Shown: positions 24,550 to 38,759, counted from the stretch's first letter. The stretch: 63,946 bases of DNA from Rhynchobatus australiae (GCA_034780895.1 JAUZTB010000057.1:26266906-26330851); one strand, 5' to 3'. Notes: generated by a model not told the origin, from the letters alone. Program-made: numbers and translations.

Positions 24550-25500
24550 TGGTTGAATACCTTCTGTACATTTAGAGTTCAGATGTAGCAGGCATAGGTG
24601 AACTGATATACTGTTCATGAATCCAAATATGGGGGAGTGCAATTCTCTTTCTTTGAACAGTACTGACTTCTAAGCTTTAAAACAGAATTGACAGCCTTCT
24701 TACAACATGCCAAGACCATCTGGGTGGGACTCCACTGGATCTCACCAGGCAGTAAAGGAACTGTGTCCATTTCATCACAACAGCTGCTGCAGGTAAATGA
24801 TGCTTTGCATCTTTTACCACATCTGTGTAAGGTATGTCTTGTCTCTAAGCAAGTATCCTTAAATATCATGGCTTCATCAAACAGATCAGGGAGTTCCAAA
24901 TGATGTACGATGTGCTGGTCATCTGCAGAGTTTCAACTCACATGCATGATCTTCTGACTGATATCATGGATAATTTGAATATTTAGTGAACTGAACTCCC
25001 TCCTGTTCAATGGAAGTTAGCTGGTGGTTTCAAAGACACTCGTGTGCAAGCTGCATCCTGAGCAATCAAGCAATGTGGTGGAACTCCCATTCCCCCCTTA
25101 ACTGCCACTTGTATTAGATACTAGAAGGCAAGAAACTGCAGCTTAGTTAAAGAGGATACCCATCACTTGTCAAAATCCTACCATAACCATTCTTTGGCTG
25201 ATATTGCTTAGATCCTTTGTGACACTGTGACAGGATGCATTGCCAAGAAGTAGAGGTTTTCATAAGGACAGAGAGACAGACAAAGAGCAACAGATTGTTG
25301 CAAAGGAGGTCATTTAAACGTTAAATGGCAGCCTAGGGCCATCACTCTGTTTGAAAACAGGTATCATCCAAGGATTACACCTTGTACCTAGATTACTCAA
25401 TAGCACACTTTGGAGAGCAAGAACTGATGTGCTGGAGTTTTCTGGCAAACTTCATGCCTCTAACTTCTCTCAGTTCACCACTGTGTCCTTATTGTATATC
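24550..25500 (-). mobile_element. Harbinger (HARBI1-type DDE) transposase fossil
   Basis: Minus strand gives, in the expected order, LYFLA, DLSNISQ..QVMGILF, AACTRVSL (cf. GAIDCTHVAI) and NRREFSSLNIQIIHD (cf. NRKGFHSLNVQLVCD). Confidence 0.75.
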
Positions 25501-26579
25501 CTAATATTTATTCAGAGCAGTCACATTTTCATGATCACTACCTCTCTCCAAAATACAGTTCAAATAAAAAATGTATAATAACAAATTTAAATGGGTAAAT
25601 GTCAAATCTCCAAATTTGGGCCTCTTTTTTCTGTGACAGTTAATTTCAGCTCAAAGAACTAAGGTACTAAAAGCAAAAGCTAATCTGAATTCTTTTCAAA
25701 TAGCTATTTCTTTTTTTTTTGAAAGAAGCTTTTATGTGGAGGTTCTTTCTTCCTAATCCACGAACAAACAGAATGTAATGAATTAATCAAAAAGCACTAA
25801 AATGTCTGACTTCTCAGTTGCCATTCCTCTCCATCTTTTCCATGTGATTCTCATTAAGTGCCACTATGTTAGATTATTTGCTTTCAGTGAGAACCAGTGG
25901 TATGTGACAAATGAAAGCAGGGAACCTTGTTGATCTGTCTGTTCCCTGTAGAGAAAACAAGTTTTCAAACTATCCCTTTTCAATTAGGATTGCCAGCTCT
26001 CCAGTGTGTTCTGGATTCTCTACAAGTTAATGCTTAATCTCCAGGGAAGTGTTGCAAGCAACCCTGGAGAAAAACCATGACAATAAAAAACTGTGTTTTG
26101 AAAGAAAAATAATTCTTTCAACATTTTTGTTCATCAATTATAAAAATATTGAGCACAGGGACAAAATAATGCTTGATTTATAATCAGGAATTACCCAAAC
26201 TGAGTAACCTATTTAAACACTTAGTCCTTGAATGAAATATACAGCTTTAAAGACTGAAAGAACCTGTAGGCTATTAACAAATCCCCTATATTGCTGTCAA
26301 CGTCAATCTGATGATGTAATTATTGATAAATAAAGAAACATTTATAATAGTTTGGAAATTGAATTCTTAACCAACCATTTTGCACCCAATTAAAAGGCAG
26401 CCTGCAATAGAACCTCTGACAATGCACTGGGGAGCTGATGGGATCGCGAGAGGAAGAAATAGGATGATTATAGGTAAGTGCTTGATGGTCAGTGCAGATG
26501 CAGTGGGCAAAAGGCTTGCTTCCATCCTATATGATCCTGAAACACTAACCTTGCACAGATAACTTTGATCTTCATTCCC

Positions 26580-26910
26580 TCAGAGAACTCCCTCAGTAGT
26601 ATGACAATAAACTCAGCTTTGACTTTGGTTCGCTTTAATTCCCTATCATATTCCTACAGCAACCTCTCTGTCTTTGGGCTTCTGGCACTGTTCGAACAAA
26701 GCCCCGTGCGGGCTCACATTACAGCACTTCCCTTCCAACAAAGTACATTGTAGACACAAGACTGCAGATGCTGGAATGTGGAACAACAAACAACCTGTTG
26801 GAAGAATTCAGCAGGTCGAGCAGCATCTGTGGGGAGAAAGGAATTGTTGACATTGTCAAAACCCTGCATCAGGACCAACAGATTTCCAGCATCTGCAGTC
26901 TATTGTGTAT
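26580..26910. mobile_element. Penelope-derived fragment plus a short element with an 18-bp perfect inverted repeat
   Basis: agactgcagatgctggaa (26759-26776) pairs with ttccagcatctgcagtct (26884-26901); same family at 63050-63175 and 58090-58170. Confidence 0.65.
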
Positions 26911-27380
26911 CCAATCTATACATGTCAGATCAACACCCTGCGTCGGGGCTGAGAGTGGAGAGAGAAGGAGCACATTGCATACTGATTCAAAATTACAGCT
27001 GACTATAGGTCATCCACGTAACAAGAAGTCAATTCATCTCTCTCCACAGACCCTACCTCATTTCCTGACTACTTCCAACATCCTTTTATTTGAGATTACC
27101 AGAAAGTGTTATGTTCTGCATTTCACAGTTCCAGCACCTTGTTATTTCTTTCTTTCAAACTATCCTCATTCATTTCCCTCTATTTACACTCCTCTATATT
27201 GGTTACATGATTAACTACATGGTTAATTGAGAGGTTGGTTATTGCACAAATTAACTCCTGCCTCAGAGATGACCTGGGTCCGTTTAATTTGCCTACTGCC
27301 ACAACAGGTCAACAGCAAATGCAATTTCTCTGGCTCTTCACTCTGCTCTGGACCATCTGGACAANNNNNNNNNNNNNNNN

Positions 27381-28565
27381 AGGCTGCTATTTATCAACTA
27401 CAGCTAGGCATTCAACACCATCATCCCATCCAAATGCATCATCAAGCTTCAAGACCTGGGTCTCTTTATCTGTCTCTGCAGCTGGATACTCGACTTCCTC
27501 ATCAGCAGACCCCAGTCAGTGAGGATTGGTAACAACATCTCCTCCTCACTGACTATCAACACAGGTGCCCCGCAAAGCTGTGTGCTTGGCCCTATCTTCC
27601 ACTCTCTGTACACATGACTGTGTGGTTAAGCACAGCTGCAATGCCATATACAAATCCTCCAACGAGACCACTGTTGTTGAACGAATCACAGGTGGTGATG
27701 GGTCAGCTTACCGGAGCAAGACAAGACACCTCGTTGAGAGGTGCCACAACTACAACCTCTCACTCAGCGTCAGTAAAACTACAGAGCTGATTGTTGACGT
27801 TAGTAAGGGGAAGGAGGGTGAATATGTGCCAGTGTACATTGGGGGATTGGCAGTGGAGAGAGTCAGTAGCTTTAAATTCCTGGGCGTTAACATATTGGAT
27901 GACCTGTCCTGGGCTTTGCACATAGATACAGTCACAAGGAAAGCACACCTGCACCTTTACTTTCTTAGGAGGTTAAGGAGGTTTGACTTGTCACCGAACA
28001 CTCTAACAAACTTCTACAGATGTACTGCTGAAAGTATCCTAACTGGTTGCATCATGGTCTGGTACAGCAATTCAATTCACAAGAACATAAAAAACTGTAG
28101 AGAGTAGTGAATTCTGCCCAATACATCATGGACGTATCCCTCCCCATTACTGGCAGTAGCTACAGAAGGCGCTGCTTCAAGAACGCAACATCCATCATTC
28201 AAGATTCCTGCCAACCGGGCCATGCCATCTTTATGCAGCTACCATCAAGCAAGAGATACAGAAACCTGAGTCCCACACCACCAGGTTCAAGGACAGCAAC
28301 TTCCCTTCAACCATTTGGTTCTTGAACCAACTGGCACAACCCTAATCACTAAAGTTTAGCAACACTATGACCACTATGCAATAAAATTGACTTTGTTTTT
28401 TTTTGTTCTAATTGTGTTCTTTCTTGTAAGAATTGTGTTTAATGTTTTTCTTGTGAATGCTGCTTATATGATGCTATGTGCCTGTGATGCTGCTGCAAGC
28501 AAGTTTTTCATTGCACCTGTGCATACTCGTACGTGCATATGATAATAAACGCGACTTTGACTTTG
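27381..28565 (+). mobile_element. Rex1/Babar non-LTR retrotransposon, 3' part
   Basis: ORF 27565..28107 has ETTVV..GDGSAYR..NLSLSVSKTTELIVD..VERVSSFKFLGV..LYFLRRLRRF..FYRCTAESILTGCI; aataaa..gactttgactt tail. Confidence 0.85.
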
Positions 28566-29336
28566 GTATGGAAAGCAATTATGTCCATCCTATCAAAGAC
28601 TTTTCTTTGTTCTTCACCTGCTATCATGCTGTGTAACTCTATGACTCTAATAAAATTCTGGTAATGCTTTGAGCCCATAGTTCTGGCCAGTTTGTGTTTT
28701 TAACCTTTTCCAGGTTTAGTTGAATTCAATGTATTCTGGACCATTTTGATTTTAATTCCATCACTTCTGTACTTGTAGGTTACCTTCACTCCTTTTTTTC
28801 CTTACTCCCTCATCCTTTTGTTTGTGAACATCTCATTTCTTTTCATCTTCGACAAGTACAGTGTTTTCATTATATTTCAACACCATATTATTTTTTTCTA
28901 ATAGCATCTCATTTAGATGTTTATGGGTCATTCTTGGTAATACTTGGAAGCAGATTCCTGTTCCCTCCTTCATTACCACTGGGTCTAAGTGCTGTGGAGG
29001 GTATCTCCACCATTAAGATGGCAGTATTCTATCACCACTTTCTTAAGAGCATTTCAAGGTGGGCATAAAAGCCAAAATCGTATACAGTAATTTTAAAAAT
29101 CCAAACCATTTATTAGCTCTCTGCAATTAAAATACTAGTTGACCTTTGCATCTTCTATACATTTAAATTTAGATTAACTTGTTTATCTTTCCTATATCTG
29201 CCTCTGATGAAAAAAAAACTATTCTTTTTCTTTTCAAGCAAAATTATATAGAGGGTGAATGGACCTGCTGCATATTATCTTTTTATATTAAATATAAATT
29301 AAAATTATATTTGTGTTTGGATTAATCTCATCCTAC

Positions 29337-29467
29337 CTTCAAGTCTCTGTACACTACAAATCGATTGTGCATGTGTTCAAGGCCCAGCATAATCTCAGCA
29401 GCATAGAACCTCATCTCCTTCTCTGAGAACACTCCATGCTGTGAAAGATGATAATGCAAATCTCCAC
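29337..29467 (-). CDS. GRK3: GRK3 exon 11 (131 bp): [43 protein letters not shown]
   Basis: YRDLK catalytic loop; acceptor ttgtag, donor gtagga. Confidence 0.98.
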
Positions 29468-30954
29468 CTACAAACAGAAAAAGCAGTGAGTTACATGTTT
29501 CTGAATCTACTAAAACATACAGCATGCCAAATATATCAAACCTACATCAACGATCTAGTAACCTCAACAGTTTGCTGCATAATCACTGCCTTCAGACCTA
29601 CCTCATGAAATAAATAACCAGGTTAAGTTGGATATCGTGCAGAAAGGAAGAAGAAATATTTGATTTATTTAGTAACTTGTTACCTAATGATTTGATTGAC
29701 ATGCAAATATATTTATACTTTGGTGCCCAGTGCAGTGATTATTACTTTCCGGGAAGTGGATGAATAAACAGTAAATCTGTTTTGAAGTGTTAATTAAAAA
29801 AAAGATGCTGGGTAATTCATTGGAAGAACTGTTTTCAAATGATAATGCTGGATTTTTAACATCCACCTGAATCTCCATTAATAGCAGTCAGTTCCTTTAT
29901 TCCACATCTTACTTAAAAGACTGACGTTTGGGAATGCAGCATTCATGGAAGCCATTTCTCAAGTCCAGTATCCATTGTTATCTATAATGATCTAATTCTG
30001 GTGAGAATTTACTGAATGAGCAAAGCTCATTTGGAAATTTTATTTTATTTGTATGGAATAAGCTCACTTTATGGTGTTTTCAAAATGTGAAATGATGGGA
30101 CAGCATGGATAGAAATAGATCATTTTCAGTTACAAAAAGCAGATACAGACAAAAGATTAAATTTAACATTTTCAGAACAATGTTTTTTTTGATAGACAGA
30201 GCACTGTGTGGCTGTGGAATTCACCATTTAAGACAAGGTTGGAAAGTGGTTAAGAAGAGGGTAACACAGAAATGAAACTTGGAAGATAAACAACTGTTTG
30301 GTTGAAAGGCTTGTTTCCTTGAAATTTCTATGTAATTCTACTTAAAAGTTGACAATCATGGGAGTAATTAGTAAATGTAACAATTTATAATAGCTTCATG
30401 AGTAAATACATAAATCATGAAGGTGAACATGGACCCAGATTCAACTTCTGTTTTATAGTGAATGCTGATTTCAGCATAATTGAGTCAGTGCTTTATAAGC
30501 TCAAATGCCCTTGAACTTAGGAAAAGAAAAGCTAACCAATCATTCCCATGTCTCACTGCTACTGAGTGCTTGGATATGAAAACAAACATGTGATGATTGG
30601 TTCAGTTGTGATTTTTCCATGATTGAATATCCTGCAAACATTTGGTCCTGGCAGGCTTACTAATAACTGCTGAATGGTAATCCAGCAAGAGAAAACATCT
30701 TAAGCAGAAGTGAGAAAATAAGTTGGAAAATGATTATCAAATTCACATTTGAGATATTATGAATGAGTTTTCAACCAGCAAAAGCTAATGCACAGACACT
30801 TCATGTGATTTAGTACTTGACACTATGATATTTTGTTACTCAATAATAGCATTGTGCCCAAGAATACATGAACTTTGCTGACTATACACTATTGATGTCC
30901 AAGATACTTGGCACCAGTGAAATGAACTAGAATATACAATTTAATGTTCAACAG

Positions 30955-31245
30955 GGAGATAAGATAAGATGATACCTTTATTAGTCACATGTACATGGAA
31001 ACACACAGTTTTTGTGTAGAGTGTTCTGGGGCAGCCTGCAAGAGTCGCCACGCTTCCGGCACCAACATAGCATGTCCACAACTTCCTAACCCGTACGCTC
31101 TGGAATGTGGGAGGAAACTGGAGCACCCAGAGGAAACTCACGCAGACACAGGGAGAACGTACAAACTCCTTACAGACGGTGGCCGGAATTGAACCTGGGT
31201 CGCTGGTGCTGTAATCGCGTTACACTAACTGCTACACTACTGTCC
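30955..31245 (-). mobile_element. Relatively young tRNA-derived V-SINE-like element with (TCTTA)n tail
   Basis: Minus strand has B box ggttcaattcc, central gggtgctccagtttcctcccacattcca and retained CpGs. Confidence 0.85.
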
Positions 31246-32670
31246 CTACCCTACATTACCGTGCCTGCCCTGCAGAACAGTGGTGCAGTGAAAATTGTCG
31301 ACAAATATAAATGTGATCTAAGTTGATTAGGTTTTCATTGGATGAGCTCAACAACAGTTTCTCAATACTAGAGTTTATTATTTATAATTTTTACTTAGGT
31401 AAATTTTCATTATTCATTACCTTATCTGCAAGTGAAAAGGAAAGACTGGCCATCCTTTTGAGTAATGTGCTTTGTTAAGTCAAGGATACCTGTGACAAAC
31501 TACATGTTTTTTGCTAAATACAAGTTTCAACCTTTTTGTAAATGGACAATTTTGAGTTATGGGTTACTTAACATACAGAGGTTATGAAAATCAAAAGTTA
31601 TATACCTGAGCTGGTGATATCCACAAACTTATGTGAGTTTAATGGGACACTGTAAGTGTGAGAGGATTATTCTAAATTCACTACATTCACTGTTCAAGTG
31701 GAGAAAAACTTTTTTACTTTGCAGCTACTTGTGCCAAATAAAGAGACAATCAAGAGAAGAATATTGATTGGTGTGGAGAAAAGGGACTTTGGAGTGCACG
31801 CATCCACACATCCTACTGTTCAATTAGGTGGTTAGATGGCACATCGGATGCTTTCTTTTGTTAGCCAGGACANNNNNNNNNNNNNNNNNNNNNNNNNNNN
31901 NNNNNNNNNNNNNNNNNNNNNNNNNNNNNNNNNNNNNNNNNNNNNNNNNNNNNNNNNNNNNNNNNNNNNNNNNNNNNNNNNNNNNNNNNNNNNNNNNNNN
32001 NNNNNNNNNNNNNNNNNNNNNNNNNNNNNNNNNNNNNNNNNNNNNNNNNNNNNNNNNNNNNNNNNNNNNNNNNNNNNNNNNNNNNNNNNNNNNNNNNNNN
32101 NNNNNNNNNNNNNNNNNNNNNNNNNNNNNNNNNNNNNNNNNNNNNNNNNNNNNNNNNNNNNNNNNNNNNNNNNNNNNNNNNNNNNNNNNNNNNNNNNNNN
32201 NNNNNNNNNNNNNNNNNNNNNNNNNNNNNNNNNNNNNNNNNNNNNNNNNNNNNNNNNNNNNNNNNNNNNNNNNNNNNNNNNNNNNNNNNNNNNNNNNNNN
32301 NNNNNNNNNNNNNNNNNNNNNNNNNNNNNNNNNNNNNNNNNNNNNNNNNNNNNNNNNNNNNNNNNNNNNNNNNNNNNNNNNNNNNNNNNNNNNNNNNNNN
32401 NNNNNNNNNNNNNNNNNNNNNNNNNNNNNNNNNNNNNNNNNNNNNNNNNNNNNNNNNNNNNNNNNNNNNNNNNNNNNNNNNNNNNNNNNNNNNNNNNNNN
32501 NNNNNNNNNNNNNNNNNNNNNNNNNNNNNNNNAAAAAAAAAAGAGATGGATTCATCAACTGTTTTAAAATTATTACTCCCGTCTCAAATATACTCCCAAT
32601 TGAGCAGTTAGTGTGTGAAACTAATTTGGGTGTCATCTCAGTATGCAAAGCTCAAAATGTTTTGTCTTAC

Positions 32671-32749
32671 CATTCATCAGGTCGAGAATAAAGCATAGCT
32701 TGTCTGGTGTATGGAAAGCATAGGTCATACAGACTATAAAAGGGCAATC
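32671..32749 (-). CDS. GRK3: GRK3 exon 10 (79 bp): [26 protein letters not shown](G)
   Basis: Manual translation; acceptor ccacag, donor gtaaga. Confidence 0.97.
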
Positions 32750-33639
32750 CTGTGGAAGGAAAGACACAAATAGGTGGTCAAAATAATTTTGTTGTTGAAT
32801 ATTGCGTCAAAACACAATTGGATGAAATAACTGAAAACACAGATCCTCTCACTTTTGCAATCTACAGTTATAATGCTTGTAAATTCTAACGGGACAAGAT
32901 GTCCTTATAGCCAAGGAAGATTTACACAGGATTCCTCAAACTAAAATTGATTAACATGACTATGCAATATTTTGTCTCTTTTCTCCTTTATCTTTCAAGA
33001 GGGAGAGCATACTCTTGAAACAATAAGGTTTTCATTGCCTTTCTATACCATTTCGTGCTGTAGCCACTCTCTATAGGTGCTATAAACATTTTACAGATCT
33101 GGAAACTTGCCACTGAGACACAATATCTTGCATTCAAGCATGGACTCGAGTGCATCATATTGGCTATTATTTTGGTATTTTGCTGAGATGAACTAAGCAT
33201 ATCTTTTGAAATAATCAAGGGCTCATTTGCCAGTCCCAGTGATTGAACTAAGCATTATTTGAAGAATAGCAGATTCTATATCTTTGCAGCATAATATTGC
33301 TCCTTTAAACCAACACTATCAAAAATTGATTACCCAGCTTTTCATTCATTGGTGTTTGTAGCATTTTGTAATGCATTAACTGCCTGCCTTGTTTACCTAT
33401 CTAACAATGACTGTACTTCAGCATGTAATTAGCTTTTAAATGCTTTGGCATATCCTCAGGATGCGATAAGATGTATGAGGTGCTCTGTACAAATGAGGGT
33501 CTCCAAATTCAGCGCTTTCTTGAAATTAAATTTTGCATGGAGAGGTGTTTCAAGTGCTGAAGTACATTGTCCCAATTTCAAAAATCTTCACAAACCAGCC
33601 ATGCCCCATAAAGGCTGGATTAGAAGTCATTTCCCTTGG

Positions 33640-34720
33640 GGTACACGTTTGGAAGAAAAAATGGAAGATTACAGAGCAGAAGATACTGCTAAAAGAGCGA
33701 TTTGAAGGATAAGAAGGGGTCTTAGCAAATGACTACATTCATCCAGGGTATTCAGGAAGTACCTCAGTGAGGAGGTATGTATGAGGTTCCATGTTATTAA
33801 TGGAAATATTTCACGTGCTATACTCACAACAGCAACCAGACAACAGTGTCTGACCTGCACTCCAGTAGTAAACATCCATGATGGTCACTAGCTTTAAGTT
33901 TTTGGAGTTCGTGATCAATAGACTTACAGATATTAAGGAAACCAAAGAAAATGGGGTTCATGCAGGAAAGCAGTTCTGAGGTAAAAGGTCAGCCATGATC
34001 TTATTAAATGCCCAAGTAGGCATGAGAAACTGAAGATGCTTTTGAACAGAGTACAGAATTCATCTCATTCTCCCTTGGAAGACAGCAGCAGGAAATGTAA
34101 ACAAGCAGCTCTACAAGGACTCAGTTTGGCAATGACTACATTTAAGTTGCAACATGTAGGCATCTCTTTTTCAGTAAGGACATTAAGAATGAATACTGCC
34201 ACCTTCTCCAACAACAAGTGCATCCGAACAACATCCAAACAGTGAAAGAACCACTTTCCAAATGGCACTGGGTTTCTTCCAGGCTGAAGTTGTACAATTT
34301 GCAGTCTGAAATTCATTGTTGCATAAGGGAAGTCACTGATACTATGCAAAGGTAGATGGTTATATTTTATTTTCACACAGCAAAATGCAGCAGATGAAGT
34401 GAACATATGGCTCCATGAGACTGCAGGGATCACAATGGTGCAGAGCATGTCTTACTGTCCATGTGTCACTTGGCAAGTACTGAGAATCACCACAACCAGA
34501 AAGAATTTATTACACAGCGGGGTGCATGACCATAAGCAGCACATCCTGCAATCATTACACCTTCATTCTGCAGCAGTTGCTGCATAACCTGCTCCTTAGC
34601 CACTACAGCAAAATAAATGGTAGCTACTGGGAAGCAAGAGCTATATACAGATGTGATGGCTTACCATTCCAAAGTACATCCCGCCTACACAGCTATATGG
34701 TCGCTCAGAATATGATAAAA
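33640..34720 (+). mobile_element. Harbinger (HARBI1-type) transposase fossil, interrupted by a CR1 tail at ~33920-34070
   Basis: Ordered motifs RVFRKYLSEEVC, AGITMVQSMSYCPCV (cf. AGFPxVQGAIDCTHV), HDHKQHILQ, HYTFILQQ (cf. HDAFIL), W*LLGSKSY (cf. WLLGDKGY). Confidence 0.8.
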
Positions 34721-34919
34721 TAGACATGGCATGTTAACTGTTGACGAATAGTAATTCTGCTGTCTGGACTCTTCCGGAGGAATCCTGGAGCAGGTGTTAA
34801 GATTTTTGTAGACTGCTATATGCTGTATATTGTAAACATCAAATACCATGGAATGCCAGATTGCCTGGAATTGTCCTTGTTAATTTCCGGTCTCCCCTGC
34901 TCTCTTCTCTCTGAGGCCA

Positions 34920-35900
34920 TTTCTCAGATTCAAGGATGATTTGCCTTTGCTCTACTTCTATATGTTCTGAGGTGAGTGAAAAGCCCTGCGAAGGATCAGC
35001 AGACTGTCACAGGTGAGGAAGGTAGTGCTTGAGGGCGCAGATGGGAGAGTTTTTTGGATGTCATGTTGCTTGTGCTTGGCCTCCATGTGCTCCCATTGTA
35101 GATTTTCAATGAGTTCAATGTTTTTCCAAATGCTCATTCTCCATTTTGAGAGGTCACGTGCCAGGGACTCGTGTCTGCAGCACCATGGAAGGAAGACTGC
35201 TAACTTTAACGGGGCAAGTTTTATTTTTACACAGAGAGTGGTACGTGCCTGGAATGGGCTGCCAGGGGTAGTGGTGGAAGCAGATACAAAAGGGACATTT
35301 GAGAGGCTTTTTTGATAGGCACATGAATATGCAGGGAATGGGGGGATATGGATCACATGCAGACAAGAGAGATATAGTTTTATTTTGCACCGTGTTCGGC
35401 ACAGACATTTGGGCTGAAGAGCCTGTTCCTTTGCGGTGCTGTGCTATATTCTGGAAGAAAGGGCACTTGGAAGGCAATTCAAGAAGCCCTGAATGTACAA
35501 GTCTCACTTTGGACTGAATCATCTTGGTATGGGCAGCAGCAAACTGGACTCTCTGGTTAACAGGCAAGTCAATGGTCTGGATTCCTCATAAATGTTGTCA
35601 AACTTACAGGACAGGAGAATTGTGCTTCTAGGATTCACTAATACTCTCCCAGCATTGATAAGCAGTTGTATGAGATCCCAAACCCATTTGAACACCAGAC
35701 TTATGGCATCAATTTAAACTTCCACTGCAGGAATGAAATGGAAGTTGTGATATTGGCCATCAGATGCTGATTTACAGTCAGATCCACAGTTTGCTAACGG
35801 AGTTGCTGGATAGGATGGGCAGCGTATAAGACTTGTAATCTAGTTGATGGGATATAGTACTTGAAGATGAACTTATGATCTTAGCCACTCATTTGAGATC
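34920..35900 (-). mobile_element. RTE-clade LINE 3' fragment with a plus-strand CR1 3' end inserted at ~35200-35450
   Basis: ESLARDLSKWRMSI (RTE C-terminus); FTQRVVRAWNGLPGVVVEA (CR1). Confidence 0.65.
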
Positions 35901-37069
35901 ACTGTGCTTTTTGGGGCTTCTCTTAATGACCACCACAATTACCTTATTTTTAGCAAACTTTATCTGGTGGGTTTCCTGGCTCCTAATAGATAGATGACAT
36001 TTTCCCTTATTTCCCTCTCCTGAACTGGGACCTCCAATGCAGCATCTGAAAAAATTCAGCCCACACTATTGTATGTTTTGCCAATCTTTATGACTTTCAG
36101 GTCAGTTTCTGTTGTAGAATGACTCGAAGAACCTGCTCATGTGCATGCTGGCTTTAAGGATGGTGTCTAGTTGTAAGCTGGCCAATCATGATGTACTGTT
36201 GAAGCATGATGCTAATGAACTGTACACAACAATCATGTAAATGAGCAGGCAGCAGGAAATTGGCATTCATCCTGCATCATAAGCAATGCATGCTTTAAAT
36301 CAAGCACTGTGACCCCTGCATCTGTTTTCAGAAATATTGAACTTAGCTCTTTAAAGTTTACTGTAAATGAGGAAACACATGGTTGCAAGTAGGTAATTCT
36401 TTAATTTTGCTAGGATGAGATATTAAAAAAAAACAATTCAATGGCACAGTTTCTGACGAGATTGTAAGTCTTATATTAGTTTGAGAATTAAAAAATAGTT
36501 CACAAAATACAACTGGACCACGGCTGAATTATGGTACTTACAGCAGGTGGTGCTATTATGCTTTGCAAATCAATATGNNNNNNNNNNTGCAAATATATTG
36601 CACAACGGAGTTCTGTTCTTCCTCTCGCTGTGTGTAAATTTTGACTGACAGTATTGTTTAAACTTTGCAACTATGTGCAGAAGTACCATTTACTTAATGT
36701 CAACTGGTAAAAACACAAATTGTGGTATAATGATTTAATAAGTTAAAAATGACTGCAAAGTACATAAACGTAGAGAGAATGATAATGAGAGACTGGAGAA
36801 GAAGAGATTTAAAACCAAATGGATAGCTATCAGAATGTTTACATTTGCCTTTGGGTAATGACAGCTCTGCCTAACTATATCCTGTATTGTTGAGATTATT
36901 TGCATTATCTATCCTGTGGTCTCAGGATAGCTTTCCATTTATGAAACATGCCTCCGGAGAATGAAGCACCAGAGCATATTTTATCCATAAAGAGCATCCT
37001 GACACAATTATACACCATTGATATACTTAGAAAAGCCAAAAACCCAGGCTATCAAGCTATGTTTACAAA

Positions 37070-38060
37070 GCTCACTGGCAACATGGATTGTGGGGAGGAT
37101 GCAGAAAGGTTTCAGGGGATATAAACAGATTAAGTGAATGGACACTGATATGGAAGATGGAATATAATGTGGAAAATTTTGATGTCATTAATTTGGTAGA
37201 ATAAATAGAATTTGGAGTATGTTTTAATTGGTGAGAGACTNNNNNNNNNNNNNNNNNNNNNNNNNNNNNNNNNNNNNNNNNNNNNNNNNNNNNNNNNNNN
37301 NNNNNNNNNNNNNNNNNNNNNNNNNNNNNNNNNNNNNNNNNNNNNNNNNNNNNNNNNNNNNNNNNNNNNNNNNNNNNNNNNNNNNNNNNNNNNNNNNNNN
37401 NNNNNNNNNNNNNNNNNNNNNNNNNNNNNNNNNNNNNNNNNNNNNNNNNNNNNNNNNNNNNNNNNNNNNNNNNNNNNNNNNNNNNNNNNNNNNNNNNNNN
37501 NNNNNNNNNNNNNNNNNNNNNNNNNNNNNNNNNNNNNNNNNNNNNNNNNNNNNNNNNNNNNNNNNNNNNNNNNNNNNNNNNNNNNNNNNNNNNGATTTTT
37601 GGGATGATAGATTTGTCATATGCACAGATATGAAGCCTGTACATGCTAGAGGTTGGAAATAATGAGGTGAACTTGTTGAAACGTACAAAATTCCTACAAT
37701 GTTTGATAAGGTAGATGTGGGAATGATGTTTCTCCTTGCTGGGATATCTAGGACCAGGGACCACAGTCTCAAAATAAGGGTTCAGCCATTTAGGACAGAG
37801 ATGAGAATAACTATCCTCACCCAAAGAACAATGAATCTTTGGAGTTCCCTACCCAAAAGATTTCTGGAGGCTTGATCATACAGTATATTCAAGGCAGAGA
37901 TACATAAAATTTTAGCTATTAAATGAATCAAAGGATATGGGTTTAGTGCACAAAATTGTCAGGGAGGTAAAATATCAGCTACAATCCTGTTGAATGCAGA
38001 ATAAGCACAAAGAGTCAAATAGTTTATTACTTATATTTCTTACATTCTTATGCTCTTACA
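37070..38060 (+). mobile_element. CR1 3' region spanning a gap
   Basis: QGDINRLSEW..WKMEYNVE..; SRTRDHSLKIR..LWSSLP; CR1-like tail near 38040. Confidence 0.8.
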
Positions 38061-38759
38061 ATAAATACCAAAGGAAACATGAAAAGAGAAATATGTACAG
38101 GAAAAGAAGCAATCTACCATAGGCAATGATACTGAGTTATTAAAGCAGAAATTCAACTGAGTAGCAAACTTTTCCCTTCATAAAAATCCCATAGTAGGGT
38201 ATAATATAAAAAGGGATTAAAGACATTGAGAAACTCATACAAGTCTGCTGACACTTGGTTAATTACTGCACTGCCAGAGTAAAAGCAAGCATTGTTGGCC
38301 AAGAAGAAAAGTTCAACCCTTGGACAGTGTACAGATGAGTTAATTTACTCAATATTTAGTGGGAAAATTCATCTGAGGTCCAATACAGTGTTTCAGCATT
38401 TAGACTACGCTGAGGGTTAACAATAATGCTGTCTTTCAAATAAGAGGTGCTGCCAGTCCATGTAGATGCAGAAAATCCTGATGTTAGTTAATGAAGAGAT
38501 GGTGTCCTGTTGTTCTGAGCAATACTTTTTCACTCAGCCAAAATGAGCATAGAAATTAACAGACACTTAGCTATTTCCTGTTTATGGAACTGCGATGGTT
38601 TCCAATTGGCTTAGGTGCTTTTCCATGAAACACAAGTGGCTGCTAGAAATACGAGGTTCCCTTCTATCATTTACAGCTCCATTGGACTAATGATGTGAAT
38701 TATCAACCAGGTTTCTCCAATGATTGCTTTATTGTGACCCTTTCATAATACAGCAGCTA

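Noticed and set aside
30955-31245. tRNA gene suggested by A/B-box-like sequence
   Set aside because: It is the tRNA-derived head of a SINE, followed by SINE body and tail, with no complete cloverleaf.
31824-32691. Long ORFs full of X (also at 15.0, 20.0, 37.2, 39.5, 47.8 and 51.7 kb)
   Set aside because: They are open only because N runs contain no stop codons.
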